64,000 nucleotides of DNA from Terriglobia bacterium (GTDB taxonomy: Bacteria > Acidobacteriota > Terriglobia > 2-12-FULL-54-10). This document shows positions 1 through 9,431 of the stretch, one piece after another. A model generated the notes under the pieces. That model did not search any database and was not told the DNA's origin. It saw only the letters and a list, made by a program, of their open reading frames with translations. A program made the translations under genes and the position numbers. The first letter of the stretch is position 1. Each line of letters opens with the position of its first letter. The stretch is taken from positions 1,024,001 through 1,088,000 of the forward strand of contig CAXVYR010000003.1 in the NCBI GenBank assembly GCA_963666975.2, read 5' to 3'.

Positions 1-2
1 AC

Positions 3-638
3 GTACTGGACCTCCACAAAATGGTTCCCGCTGCCGATGCTGCCCACCTGAGGCCGTCCCCGATGCTTGGCGCGCTGGCTGACGCGGCTTGGATCAGCCC
101 CGCGCATCCGGCCCCGTTCTTCTGAAAACTCCAGATCACCCAGCTCGCCGTAACCACGCTCCACCACCCACTCCGCGCCGTGGCTGAGCAGGCTGTCGAG
201 GCCTGCCGAATCCACCGGGACGGCGCCTTCGCGACCGATACCGCAGGGAATGTCCCGGAAAAGCTGTTGCACCAAGTCGCGAAGACGCGGTGCGACCTCC
301 TCCCGCGTGAGCGAGGTGCCAAGCAAGCGGACGCCGCAGTTGATGTCAAAGCCGACTCCGCCCGGCGAGACCACCCCCTTGCGGTAGTCGGTGGCCGCCA
401 CGCCGCCGATGGGAAAACCGTAGCCCTGGTGGATGTCCGGCATGGCGAGCGCATCCCCCACGATCCCCGGCAAGGTGGCCACGTTCACGGCCTGTTCCAG
501 TGAGAGGTCCTTCCGGATGGCGGCCATCAGCTTCTCGCTGGCATAGATCACCGCATTGGTGCGCATGTCACTGCGCGATTCTTTGGGAATCATGTAACGG
601 TACTCGTCCAGCTTGCGAATGCGGGAAGCGTCGAACAT
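3..638 (-). CDS. rtcB: RNA-splicing ligase RtcB (5' part; runs off window start)
   Basis: Manual translation from ATG 638: MFDASRIRKLDEYRY...MPDIHQGYGFPIGGVAA...SPGGVGFDINCG...GSIGSGNHFVEVQ, all RtcB signature motifs. Absent from the ORF track because it has no stop in the window. Confidence 0.95.
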   Translation of the reverse strand, partial: MFDASRIRKLDEYRYMIPKESRSDMRTNAVIYASEKLMAAIRKDLSLEQAVNVATLPGIVGDALAMPDIHQGYGFPIGGVAATDYRKGVVSPGGVGFDINCGVRLLGTSLTREEVAPRLRDLVQQLFRDIPCGIGREGAVPVDSAGLDSLLSHGAEWVVERGYGELGDLEFSEERGRMRGADPSRVSQRAKHRGRPQVGSIGSGNHFVEVQY

Positions 639-813
639 AGGTTTTGTCACACTGCTCTCCTAAGCGGACCATTATACCTCCCAGCCCGAGACGCCAGAAA
701 CTTGCAGGCCGCTACCAGCACTAATGTGCCGCAAAGATTCCCAATACTGCAACCGGGTTGCTGATGGCGGGCCGGTAAAGTATGATGGAGGAAATCAGGA
801 AGAGAAAAAAGAT

Positions 814-890
<77 letters not shown>

Positions 891-958
891 TTTCAGTCTT
901 TCCAAATCAATGGGATACATCTGCCTCGATTGCATTTGCCCATCCCTAAACCTCAAAA

Positions 959-1010
959 CCGTATCAAAACCGTATCAAAACCCCGCAACTGGTGATGTGC
1001 CGTATCAAAA
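959..1010 (+). repeat. 11-bp repeats CCGTATCAAAA (putative integrase arm-binding sites, tRNA-proximal end)
   Basis: Copies at 959-969, 970-980 and 1000-1010; an identical tandem pair lies at 36520-36541. Confidence 0.75.
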
Positions 1011-1079
1011 CCCCACGGCTGCAAGTTCATTTGCACGGCGATTGATTTTTGTCAACGTGTCGCTGGCGAATTACAAATT

Positions 1080-1098
1080 AGGCCCTCAAAGAGGGCCT
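1080..1098. terminator. Hairpin AGGCCCTC-AAA-GAGGGCCT, possible terminator
   Basis: 8-bp perfect stem just downstream of the 1141-1842 minus-strand ORF; the U-tract is weak. Confidence 0.4.
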
Positions 1099-1140
1099 TC
1101 TGGAGAAACGGAAGCGCGTCCTTGATCAGCCGGATCGCTG

Positions 1141-1842
1141 CTATTCATTCGGACCGCGATGCGCGGTGGCGTCCTGGTCGACGCAGTCTTCCTCTTCATA
1201 GGTCATGCCGTGGCGACCGGGAACCTTTCGGGTGGGACCGGGCTTGTAGCTGGAACAGAACAGAGGTCCGTAACAGAAGGTTTCCGTCCTGTAGCGCCGT
1301 CGGTCGGGGTTCCATTGGTCGATGATCATTTCCACAGGCATGACACAGCCCCAGATACAGCTATTACATTTCGTATCGTAGGTCGTTACCGCCAGGCGCC
1401 GATGCCCGCGCTCGCGATAGGCGGGCAACGGAGGAGGCACTCCATGCCATGGTGCCGCTAAGGCCTGCTCTTCTCCACGCCGGATCAGTTTCAGTTTGCT
1501 GACTCTATAGATGTCGGCGGTTTCGAGTCGCGGATCCGCAACCCGATGCCCCAGCCCCTCGACGAGGTCACCCATTCGGAATTGGTGTTTGGCGTGGGTT
1601 CCGGAGCCAATACCGACGCGAAATTCAGCAGAAACTCCGCCGACTGTTCCCTCGATCCGCAACAGGTAACCCAGATAAGTGTGGCTCCGTTCATCGAAAG
1701 AACGGGTCAGACGAATTCGAGGTTGGACTGAAGTGACAGCTCCAGACCAGGAAATCTTTTCGTTCCTCGACAGTTCGTTCGAGTTTTCAAAGTTTGGTGA
1801 TCCGAAGTCAGGCGGCAATGGGCGTTTGATATAAACCTCCAC
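1141..1842 (-). CDS. Hypothetical protein, beta-rich N-terminus and Cys-rich C-terminus
   Basis: 233-aa ORF with CNSCIWGC...FCYGPLFC; start uncertain because it overlaps the adjacent transposase. Confidence 0.65.
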   Translation of the reverse strand: MEVYIKRPLPPDFGSPNFENSNELSRNEKISWSGAVTSVQPRIRLTRSFDERSHTYLGYLLRIEGTVGGVSAEFRVGIGSGTHAKHQFRMGDLVEGLGHRVADPRLETADIYRVSKLKLIRRGEEQALAAPWHGVPPPLPAYRERGHRRLAVTTYDTKCNSCIWGCVMPVEMIIDQWNPDRRRYRTETFCYGPLFCSSYKPGPTRKVPGRHGMTYEEEDCVDQDATAHRGPNE

Positions 1843-2893
1843 AATGTCGTCGCCATCGGTAGAAGCCGAAGCTCAGAGGGACCTTCGGGCCGGACATCTC
1901 CTGCGGCGTACATCCTGCGCGTGCTGAATGCGCCCGATGGTGGTTGTAGTAGTCTTGGAAATCGAGCAGCTTGTTCTCCAGATCCGCCGTCGTCCAGAAC
2001 AACATGCGATCCAAATACTCGCGTCGAATCGTGCCGATCAGCCGTTCCACAAAGGGATGGGACAGGGGAACATAGGGGACGGTTTTGATTTCGGTCACTT
2101 CCAGAATCCGCAGATTGGCTTGCCACTGCCCAAACCGATAAAGTGGATCATGGTCGGAGCTGAGGTAGTTGGGCATACAGGGTTGCCATCGAATGGCGCG
2201 GTTGAACATCCGGCAAAGTGCGACTCCATTGACGGTTCCGGCGTGAACGCCGAACCCAATGATCCGGCGAGTGTATTGATCCATGACGACCAAGACCCAG
2301 TTGGTCCGCAATGTGGCCAATTCGCACCGGAACAAATCCAGACTCCAGAGGCTGTCTTTCAGGTGTCCAATGAAGGTCAACCAGGATGGCCCACCGGAGT
2401 TGTTAGCCGGCCGATAGTGGCTGGCGAGAATCCTTCGAACAACGTCTTTGTCGATGGGGATGTCGAAAGCCAAGGCAATCTGCTGAGCGATTCGCGGGCA
2501 GCCCCAGGTGGGATTGCGCTGCTTCATCTGGACAACAGCGTCGATGAGTTCTTTATTGGGTCCGTTTGGTCCGGGCTTACGCCGGTGCTTGGATGAAAAG
2601 AGCAGGCGATATTTTAGGTTCCTCAGAGCCCGGTGGAGGCCCAAAAGAGTCGAAGGCTTCAGCACGATTGCTGAACGAATCAGGCGGGCGGGGCGAATGA
2701 GCAGAGCACACAAACCGGCGACAAGGCGATCTGAGCTGCGTAGATTGGGCGACCGCTGCCGCGAACGATTGAGGATCAGAAGTTGTTGCTTGACAAGAAC
2801 GGACTCAGCCACCACAGAACGGATGCCACCCGGACCTGCAAGTCGGGCAAGAGTAACGATTAAATGAACGAAAAGGATGACAAGATCACGCAT
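1808..2893 (-). CDS. Integrase-core (rve) DDE transposase, IS3/IS481-like
   Basis: NPTWGCPRI HTH, WSLDLF (D1), SDHDPLY (D2), FVERLIGTIRRE (E), YNHHRAH. Confidence 0.9.
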   Translation of the reverse strand: MRDLVILFVHLIVTLARLAGPGGIRSVVAESVLVKQQLLILNRSRQRSPNLRSSDRLVAGLCALLIRPARLIRSAIVLKPSTLLGLHRALRNLKYRLLFSSKHRRKPGPNGPNKELIDAVVQMKQRNPTWGCPRIAQQIALAFDIPIDKDVVRRILASHYRPANNSGGPSWLTFIGHLKDSLWSLDLFRCELATLRTNWVLVVMDQYTRRIIGFGVHAGTVNGVALCRMFNRAIRWQPCMPNYLSSDHDPLYRFGQWQANLRILEVTEIKTVPYVPLSHPFVERLIGTIRREYLDRMLFWTTADLENKLLDFQDYYNHHRAHSARAGCTPQEMSGPKVPLSFGFYRWRRHCGGLYQTPIAA

Positions 2894-2972
2894 CTTGGCA
2901 TTCTATCAAATCTTGAAAATGGCAGAATATTGGCCCGTTTTAGCAATTCACCAGGGACACGAATGAAATGAT

Positions 2973-3190
2973 CCGGAATTTCCTTTAGCCCTCCGGTGAT
3001 TGAAAATATACACGCACTTTGGTGCAACCGAGCACACTTTTCTCTCCAGGTGGGTACACCAGCTGCCCAAAACCTCGGTCTGGTCAGAATCCTCGGAGCT
3101 TTTCAGCGAGTTCTTCGGCCTGGTCACGGATCCAGAAAGTGGCTCTTAGTTTTTCAGCGATTTCTGTCCGAAATAGGCTAGCGTACTACA
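2973..3190 (-). mobile_element. IS1380-family right-end remnant
   Basis: Reverse complement (...GAAAAGTGTGCTCGG...GGAAATTCCGG) aligns by eye with the right ends of the IS1380 copies ending at 22286 and 36322. Confidence 0.6.
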
Positions 3191-3277
3191 CCAACCGAGC
3201 CCAGCGCAGCCCGTTTGGGCATCATGGTTGAGAAGTTCAGACTAGCTATTCAGCGTACCGTGTGGTGCTCTTCCGCT

Positions 3278-6200
3278 TCAGGGCTGGAGGGATTTACCTG
3301 TAAAAGGCCACTCCTTCCAGCCCTGAAGCATAGGGAAATACAGACCCAGCCGAATAGGGCGGGAATCGATGGACTGGATTACGCTCGCATAGCTTTCCAA
3401 CTGAGTGCTATAGCGCACCTTCTCATTATCGAGGAAGCTGTCAGCAGCTCCACCGGCATGAGTTCCGGTCTTGTAGTCAATGATCCATCGCGTGCCACCA
3501 TCGACGAAGGTCCTATCCAAGACGAAACGCTGGACTCTGCCTTCTACGATTGCGGAAAGTGCGTACTCTCGTTCGTCGCCTTCGTGCTGCGAAAGAATCC
3601 AGCGACCGCGGTCGTCTCCGATGGTATTTTTCAGTGCGGATGCTGCTCGGGATACAGATTGGTCGAGCTTTTCACCGTCCAGTCCTTCGCATCGCAGTGC
3701 AGTTCGGAGGGTCTCTTCGCTGAAGTTCAGACGATCCGGCGCGCGCATCTGCTGAAGCATCCGATGGACGACGATACCCACTCGCCGCTGTAGTTCGCTC
3801 ACCCACTCAAAGGTCGGATGGCTTGTCTTTGTGTCTTCCGTCTCGGATGGTTGTTTCCGCGGTTTCCAAACGACATCATTAGGTGGAGGGAGAGGCACCC
3901 AGTCCGCAACTAGGCGTCGAAGGGGGATACCTTGAGGCTTCGCCTTGACTGTGTAGTCGTCACCCTCTTTCTCTACATGATCCTTTAACGCGTTCGAGAA
4001 TTCCGGCTCGACCGTCCTCCATATCTTTGCCAGCAAAGTACGCGAATTAGGCACCCTCAACGCTACACCTCCAGGATCGAATCCGGCATGTCCCAGTAGA
4101 TGTAGATGCTTCCGGGCCCTCGTGGCAGCGACATATAAAAGGCGGGTGCTTTCATGACCGCGTTTCTCCGCTTCAGCGCTTCGCAAGTAGTCGTACAGCA
4201 AATCCTTGTCGCCGCCGACCTCATGTATCGGTGCTAGTAACAGCCGGGACCGATCGCCATCCATGTATTCGCGCCACATTAGCAAACGTGGATCGTCTGG
4301 TCGGGTGCGTCGCCCTAGACACGGTAGGATAACGGTGTCGAACTCCAGCCCCTTTGCCTTGTGAATCGTCAGTAACTGCAGGTTTTCGCTGGCTTCGACG
4401 TCGGAAGGAGCGAACAGACGGGCGACATTTTCGGCGAACTTCTTCTCGTCCCGGATATCTAAACCGTCGAGCGACTGTTCCAAAAGATCCAGGTAAGCTG
4501 CTGCATCTTCGAGTTCTGTCCTCGTTTCCAGGCACGCGGGACCGCCCAGTTCGATCCAGACGCCTTCCACCCAGCGGCGGACTGACAGTCTTCCTCGTTG
4601 GGCAAGGGCATCGCGGAGGAGAGGGATCAAACGGTCGATGCGTGTCCTGCCGTTGGGAGACAACTGCTCTCGTCTCGCGTGATCCTGAAGGAGGTCCCAG
4701 ATTGCAGCTGTGGAGTCGCCGTTGACCAGCACTTCAAGATCCCAGAGCGTCATACCGCACCAGGGCGCCCGGAGAATCGACAACCAGGCCAGACGGTTTC
4801 CCGGATGCAAAAGCGTCTGTGTGAGCGCCATCAAGTCTTGCACCACCGGACGTTCGCCTAAGGCATCAATCTCCACGGCACGAAATTTCTTTCCGGTTCT
4901 GCGAAGCGCAGAGACGATACCGTACAGATGACTGCGGGCCCGCACGAGCACGGCGATCATCTCGCCTGGGCGTTTTGACTGCGTTTCATCAATGATTTCG
5001 ACAACACGTTCGGCTTCGGGCTCCGGCTCATCCGCCAGAAACGGATGCACAAGAACGGCACTGTCAGGACTGTCGGCCTTGAACGGTACAGAGGGCTCGT
5101 AAGTCACTGCGCCGGTGAACACATCCTCCGTATTCGGGAACGCGTCGCTCAATGCGCGGTTCACCCATTGCACGATTCCCGCATTTGAACGGAAATTCAC
5201 CGAGAGCGTGAGCGGCGTCAGCGGGATCGCGGCTATCCCATTCGAACGAGCACGCAAAAAGAGTCCCACCTCCGCTTCGCGAAAACCGTAGATCGACTGC
5301 ATCGGATCGCCGACCAGGAATAACGTCCGGCCATCTCCGTGCTGCCAGTCCCCGATGAGTCGAGTCAGCAAGTCGTACTGACTCTGGGACGTATCTTGAA
5401 ACTCATCAATCAGCAGATGCTGGATTCGGCAGTCGAGGGCAAAAGCGAGGTCGGTAGGAGCCGCATCGGAGCCCAGGGCGAATCGTGCTCCAATCGCGAT
5501 CTCTGTGAAGTCGACACCTCCTTCTTCCTGAAAGACGAGTCGAAGTTGGTCGACGGCCACAGGCAACAAGAGCATCAGTGCGCCCAGGACGTCCCACTGT
5601 TTCTCGTCAAAGCGTGGCGGCGGCAGCGACCGTAACGCGTGCAATGAAGCCAAGACGGCTGGGTCTAGTTCGATCTTGCTCAACCGCTCTTTAGCTGTAC
5701 GTACAGCAGCGGTTGCTGGGAATCCTGAGTTCTTTGTGGGTTTCAGGCGGCGCGTTCCTTGCTTGGTCAGGAACATCTCTGCAAGCCCCAACCAACGCGG
5801 CAGCGATTCGATTGTGGCTTCTGGAAAGTCGTGGAGTTCGAAGCAGGCGTTTAGAACACTGGTGCGGTCTTCGTTTCGAAGGTTCCCAGCCGCGAAACGG
5901 GCGAGCTCAACCGTTTCGGCCTTGAAACGTTCCGGGAATGTCGCCACGAGCCGTTCGAGTGCCCGCTCGATAACTTGTCTGAGGGAGGACTCCAACTCCT
6001 CCCTCAGGAAGGCAGGCACTGGCTGTCCGAGTACATGGCGTAGCCACTGGTCACGACTCCCCAGCATGGTGCTCAGCAACCGCTCAACAGTTCCGAAATT
6101 GTTGTCCAGGTGTGAAAGAAGTTGCGACAACGCCCCGGATACTTCGGCCGACGTCCGGTCAGAATCCAACACTGCCAACGTTCGAAGGGCCGCCTGAAGG

Positions 6201-6649
6201 TGCAGATGCCCGACATCTTCCTCCGGGCGGGGTGCTGCCCCCATGCGTGAAACCCAGGGCATCTGCCGAACCAGCATGGCGCACAGCGAATCGATCGTCT
6301 GAATTCGAAGACGTGACGGATGCTCGGTCAAACGCCAGTTCAGTCCGTCATTCCGGGTAAGCGCTTCCTGTGCGAGTTTCCATGTGTGCTTTTCGTGCGG
6401 TGCCGCGGGTTCCGGGCCTGAGGCACTCTGAAGGGCAGCGATTACCCGGTGGCGCATCTCCGCAGCTGCCTTACGAGTAAAGGTAATGGCCACGACGGCC
6501 TCTGGTTGATCCACTCGAGCCAGCAATGCCAGGAATCGCTGGATGAGCAATTCGGTCTTTCCTGAACCTGCGGGGGCCTGGACGATGAATGACCGAGTGT
6601 GATCGAGCGCATGGAGACGTTGTTTCTGGTCCTGCATGCGGTTAATCAT
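3278..6649 (-). CDS. addA: AddA-like UvrD helicase/PD-(D/E)XK nuclease
   Basis: QAPAGSGKT Walker A, ITFTRKAA, IDEFQD, VGDPMQSIYGFR, TIHKAKGLEFD, YVAATRAR, C-terminal LDR...IIDYKTG nuclease. ATG 6649 overlaps the addB-like stop. Confidence 0.9.
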   Translation of the reverse strand: MINRMQDQKQRLHALDHTRSFIVQAPAGSGKTELLIQRFLALLARVDQPEAVVAITFTRKAAAEMRHRVIAALQSASGPEPAAPHEKHTWKLAQEALTRNDGLNWRLTEHPSRLRIQTIDSLCAMLVRQMPWVSRMGAAPRPEEDVGHLHLQAALRTLAVLDSDRTSAEVSGALSQLLSHLDNNFGTVERLLSTMLGSRDQWLRHVLGQPVPAFLREELESSLRQVIERALERLVATFPERFKAETVELARFAAGNLRNEDRTSVLNACFELHDFPEATIESLPRWLGLAEMFLTKQGTRRLKPTKNSGFPATAAVRTAKERLSKIELDPAVLASLHALRSLPPPRFDEKQWDVLGALMLLLPVAVDQLRLVFQEEGGVDFTEIAIGARFALGSDAAPTDLAFALDCRIQHLLIDEFQDTSQSQYDLLTRLIGDWQHGDGRTLFLVGDPMQSIYGFREAEVGLFLRARSNGIAAIPLTPLTLSVNFRSNAGIVQWVNRALSDAFPNTEDVFTGAVTYEPSVPFKADSPDSAVLVHPFLADEPEPEAERVVEIIDETQSKRPGEMIAVLVRARSHLYGIVSALRRTGKKFRAVEIDALGERPVVQDLMALTQTLLHPGNRLAWLSILRAPWCGMTLWDLEVLVNGDSTAAIWDLLQDHARREQLSPNGRTRIDRLIPLLRDALAQRGRLSVRRWVEGVWIELGGPACLETRTELEDAAAYLDLLEQSLDGLDIRDEKKFAENVARLFAPSDVEASENLQLLTIHKAKGLEFDTVILPCLGRRTRPDDPRLLMWREYMDGDRSRLLLAPIHEVGGDKDLLYDYLRSAEAEKRGHESTRLLYVAATRARKHLHLLGHAGFDPGGVALRVPNSRTLLAKIWRTVEPEFSNALKDHVEKEGDDYTVKAKPQGIPLRRLVADWVPLPPPNDVVWKPRKQPSETEDTKTSHPTFEWVSELQRRVGIVVHRMLQQMRAPDRLNFSEETLRTALRCEGLDGEKLDQSVSRAASALKNTIGDDRGRWILSQHEGDEREYALSAIVEGRVQRFVLDRTFVDGGTRWIIDYKTGTHAGGAADSFLDNEKVRYSTQLESYASVIQSIDSRPIRLGLYFPMLQGWKEWPFTGKSLQP

Positions 6650-9281
6650 CGCCACGCTCCAACTCAATAGCAGCTTGGCTGATCCGACAAAGTGTGGGCA
6701 ACTCGCAATGCCGGCAGGTCTGACGGCGGTCCTTGGGATCGACAATAGCTTGTCCCGCTCTAAAGTCTCGGCCTAGTCGATCCAGGACACCCCGCCACTC
6801 TTCGATGGTTTGGCCTATGGGCGGCTGGCCATCGGGCACCCGGACGCCGGGAACAATACCCTCGGAGCGAGCCAAACCTCGAAAGCCCAACTTGCCGGTC
6901 TTGAGCCTCCCGAAGAAGACACCCGCGACGGGCGAGTCCGCTGTAACAGCGTAGATGGGCAATTGTGGTTCATCCGGCCTCGGTCCATCCCAATCGGAGG
7001 GGCTGCACTCACCCGTTTTGTAGTCGACGATGACCAGTTCTCCATTCTCGAGGCGATCCACACGGTCGGCGCGGATATTCACGTCAATGCCGCCTACTGT
7101 CACAGTCTGTCTTTCTTCCTGTTCGAGCATTGCGAATGGCTGCCGTTCCCGTTCGAGAAGCAACCATTCCTCAATTACTCGTTCGAGCCGAGCTTGTTCG
7201 ATCGCCGCAAACCGAGAGCCTCGCAGAGCTCGGCGGCGTCTGGAAAAGTACTGAATCTCGGAGCCGACGTTCGAGCGCACGATGTCCACCAACCTATCCT
7301 CAGCCATCGACAGTAGTCCCTCGTGTGATCGCAACTGTTTCCAGACACGCTCCAGAATGCGGTGGATCAACTGACCTCGGTCAAGAGCGTTCAATCCTGG
7401 CTCCGGCTGATCCGGTGCTTTTGCTCCAAGACGGAACTCGGCAAACGCTTTGAATGGACATGCTGCCTGAAGCTTGAATAGGGAGGTCCCGCCCTTGAGT
7501 GCGGAATCGCCGCACGGCGGCCCACTGTGGTCCTCCAGGGTCTCCATCCGGGACGAGCGTTGAAGTTGCTCCACGTAACTGGCTGAAGTCAGGATCTCCA
7601 GATCGGCAGCCGAAACTTCAGCCAACGCACCAAAGAGCGGGCTAACTCTCAAATCTGAATCGCCTTCCCGCTCTGGATGGCTGACGACAACAGTCGGAGC
7701 GCCCGACAAGAGGCGCGCTGTGAGAGTTTTGGTAAACTCCAGTTCCCGGTCCGGCGACGAGCGAGGCAAGTTGAAACGGCGCTGCAGGCGAAACGGCAGG
7801 AACGGGTCGGGTGTAGGGGCTTTTGGCCACGCATTGTCGTGCATCCCCATGATCCAGAGCCGGTCGAAGCGTAGGCCGGAGGCTTCGAACACGCCCAAAA
7901 TCTGGACGGGTGCAGGCTCGGACTCCGGTTGAAACTGCCTGGCTGAAGCTAGGCGCCTCAGCGCTCCGACGGCGGTGCCCAGCGCGATGTGTCCGGAGAC
8001 ACTATCGAGTATGGTCAGCTCAGACAGCAGTTCATTCCAGACTTTAAGCGTTTGGTACTCAATACTGTCGAGACCTCGATCTCCGGGCCACCCGATGACT
8101 TGCAGGAATCCGGACAAAACAGAAGCCCACTCGCTGGGCATTCGAGTAGTCTGCAGCGCCTCGTACTGCTCCGTCCACGACCGGAGCTGTGATACGAACT
8201 GGGGACACCGATGCGCGGCATCGCTATGCCCCGCCAACCCGATGATGTCTATCAGCGAAACGTGAGGCTCTCCAAGAGAACGCACGGCTACATCCAGGAG
8301 GGCGCGGTTTGTCAATTCCTCCTCAGAACCATTCAGAAATGGAGATCGCAAGAGTCGGCCGGCGATCTCGACTGGCATCTCGTGAGGGTCGGCTCCAAGA
8401 ATCAGGAATGCCGTCTCAATAATCGGGTATTTATCGACAGGTAGTCCGAGAGAGATGTTGAAAAGCCGCTGCGGGTCCAGGTCCGGTCGCAGCCGAGTGC
8501 GGGGATGGAACTCTTCACCGAAAACACGCTCGATCTGGCTGCGGCACCTGCTCAGGTCGGGAACGATGACGCCAATTCGGAAATGTTGAGTTGCAGCGTC
8601 CCGCTCGTTTTCCAAAATGCGGCGCGCCCACTCGGCAGCGGCACGGATTTCACGACTGGCATCGATCAGGCCCAGGCGAACGGCGTCGACGGCGACATCG
8701 GGAAGTTTGCGCTCTCGGACTTTCGTCCCACGCCGGGCGAGGGAGCCGAACAGTCGCTGCTGGGCAGGCGTTGGTTCAAAAAATCCTACAATTTCAATTT
8801 GTTCGGGGACTGAGACTTCTCCCCGTTCGATGAGATCTGCGACAAACGCCGGAAGTTCAGCGCCCGATAACCACCCGTTCTCGCGACAGCGGCGACGGAA
8901 CTCCTTGGCCCACGACTGAAATGCCTCGGTGTCCGCGGAATCCTTCCACTCCGTAGCGTCCAACGGTAGACTCCAGGCACACAGAAGATTCCAGGAAGCA
9001 AGGGCCGACTCGGCGGTCGTGGGTACGTCCAGTAGCTGATCATCAGCCCCGGAACGAATGATATCTTCCCAGATTACCCGTTCTTCGGCTGGCCGGAGGA
9101 GACGGCTTGTCGTCTCTGGCTGCCCGGAAAACAACCAGTCCGTCCACAGTTTAGACAGCCATTCAGGCAACGGCAGGATAGGGGCCGTCAGCCAGGAGGA
9201 CAGGCCTGCCGCCTCCTGTTCCCGGTCGTATTCCTGCCGAAGTTCGCGGTAGAGGCGGCTGGTCGCGGTTATGACGTTCAT
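6642..9281 (-). CDS. addB: AddB-like inactive-helicase/PD-(D/E)XK nuclease with Fe-S staple
   Basis: AACPFKAF, RADRVD...IVDYKTG, QLPIYA, CRHCELPTLC (4-Cys staple); coupled to the addA-like gene. Confidence 0.85.
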   Translation of the reverse strand: MNVITATSRLYRELRQEYDREQEAAGLSSWLTAPILPLPEWLSKLWTDWLFSGQPETTSRLLRPAEERVIWEDIIRSGADDQLLDVPTTAESALASWNLLCAWSLPLDATEWKDSADTEAFQSWAKEFRRRCRENGWLSGAELPAFVADLIERGEVSVPEQIEIVGFFEPTPAQQRLFGSLARRGTKVRERKLPDVAVDAVRLGLIDASREIRAAAEWARRILENERDAATQHFRIGVIVPDLSRCRSQIERVFGEEFHPRTRLRPDLDPQRLFNISLGLPVDKYPIIETAFLILGADPHEMPVEIAGRLLRSPFLNGSEEELTNRALLDVAVRSLGEPHVSLIDIIGLAGHSDAAHRCPQFVSQLRSWTEQYEALQTTRMPSEWASVLSGFLQVIGWPGDRGLDSIEYQTLKVWNELLSELTILDSVSGHIALGTAVGALRRLASARQFQPESEPAPVQILGVFEASGLRFDRLWIMGMHDNAWPKAPTPDPFLPFRLQRRFNLPRSSPDRELEFTKTLTARLLSGAPTVVVSHPEREGDSDLRVSPLFGALAEVSAADLEILTSASYVEQLQRSSRMETLEDHSGPPCGDSALKGGTSLFKLQAACPFKAFAEFRLGAKAPDQPEPGLNALDRGQLIHRILERVWKQLRSHEGLLSMAEDRLVDIVRSNVGSEIQYFSRRRRALRGSRFAAIEQARLERVIEEWLLLERERQPFAMLEQEERQTVTVGGIDVNIRADRVDRLENGELVIVDYKTGECSPSDWDGPRPDEPQLPIYAVTADSPVAGVFFGRLKTGKLGFRGLARSEGIVPGVRVPDGQPPIGQTIEEWRGVLDRLGRDFRAGQAIVDPKDRRQTCRHCELPTLCRISQAAIELERGDD

Positions 9282-9298
9282 GCTCGGATGATCCAGTC

Positions 9299-9429
9299 GG
9301 TACTGTCAAGTTAACCGGAATTCACTCATTTTCGACGCGATATCAATTCTAGCCAGCACCAAAAATCAGCGACTTAGCTGGCATGTCAATCAGTGGAACC
9401 TCCAGGAAATAAGTTAACTTGACAGTGCC
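9299..9429. mobile_element. 131-bp MITE-like element
   Basis: Terminal inverted repeats GGTACTGTCAAGTTAAC / GTTAACTTGACAGTGCC (17 bp, 1 mismatch); no ORF; no clear target duplication. Confidence 0.7.
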
Positions 9430-9431
9430 CA

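Noticed and set aside
180-503. 107-aa plus-strand ORF
   Set aside because: Antisense shadow of rtcB.
959-1010. Short repeats as a CRISPR array or iterons
   Set aside because: Only 11 bp, no unique spacers, no cas or rep gene; their position near att sites fits arm-type sites better. No CRISPR array was seen anywhere in the window.
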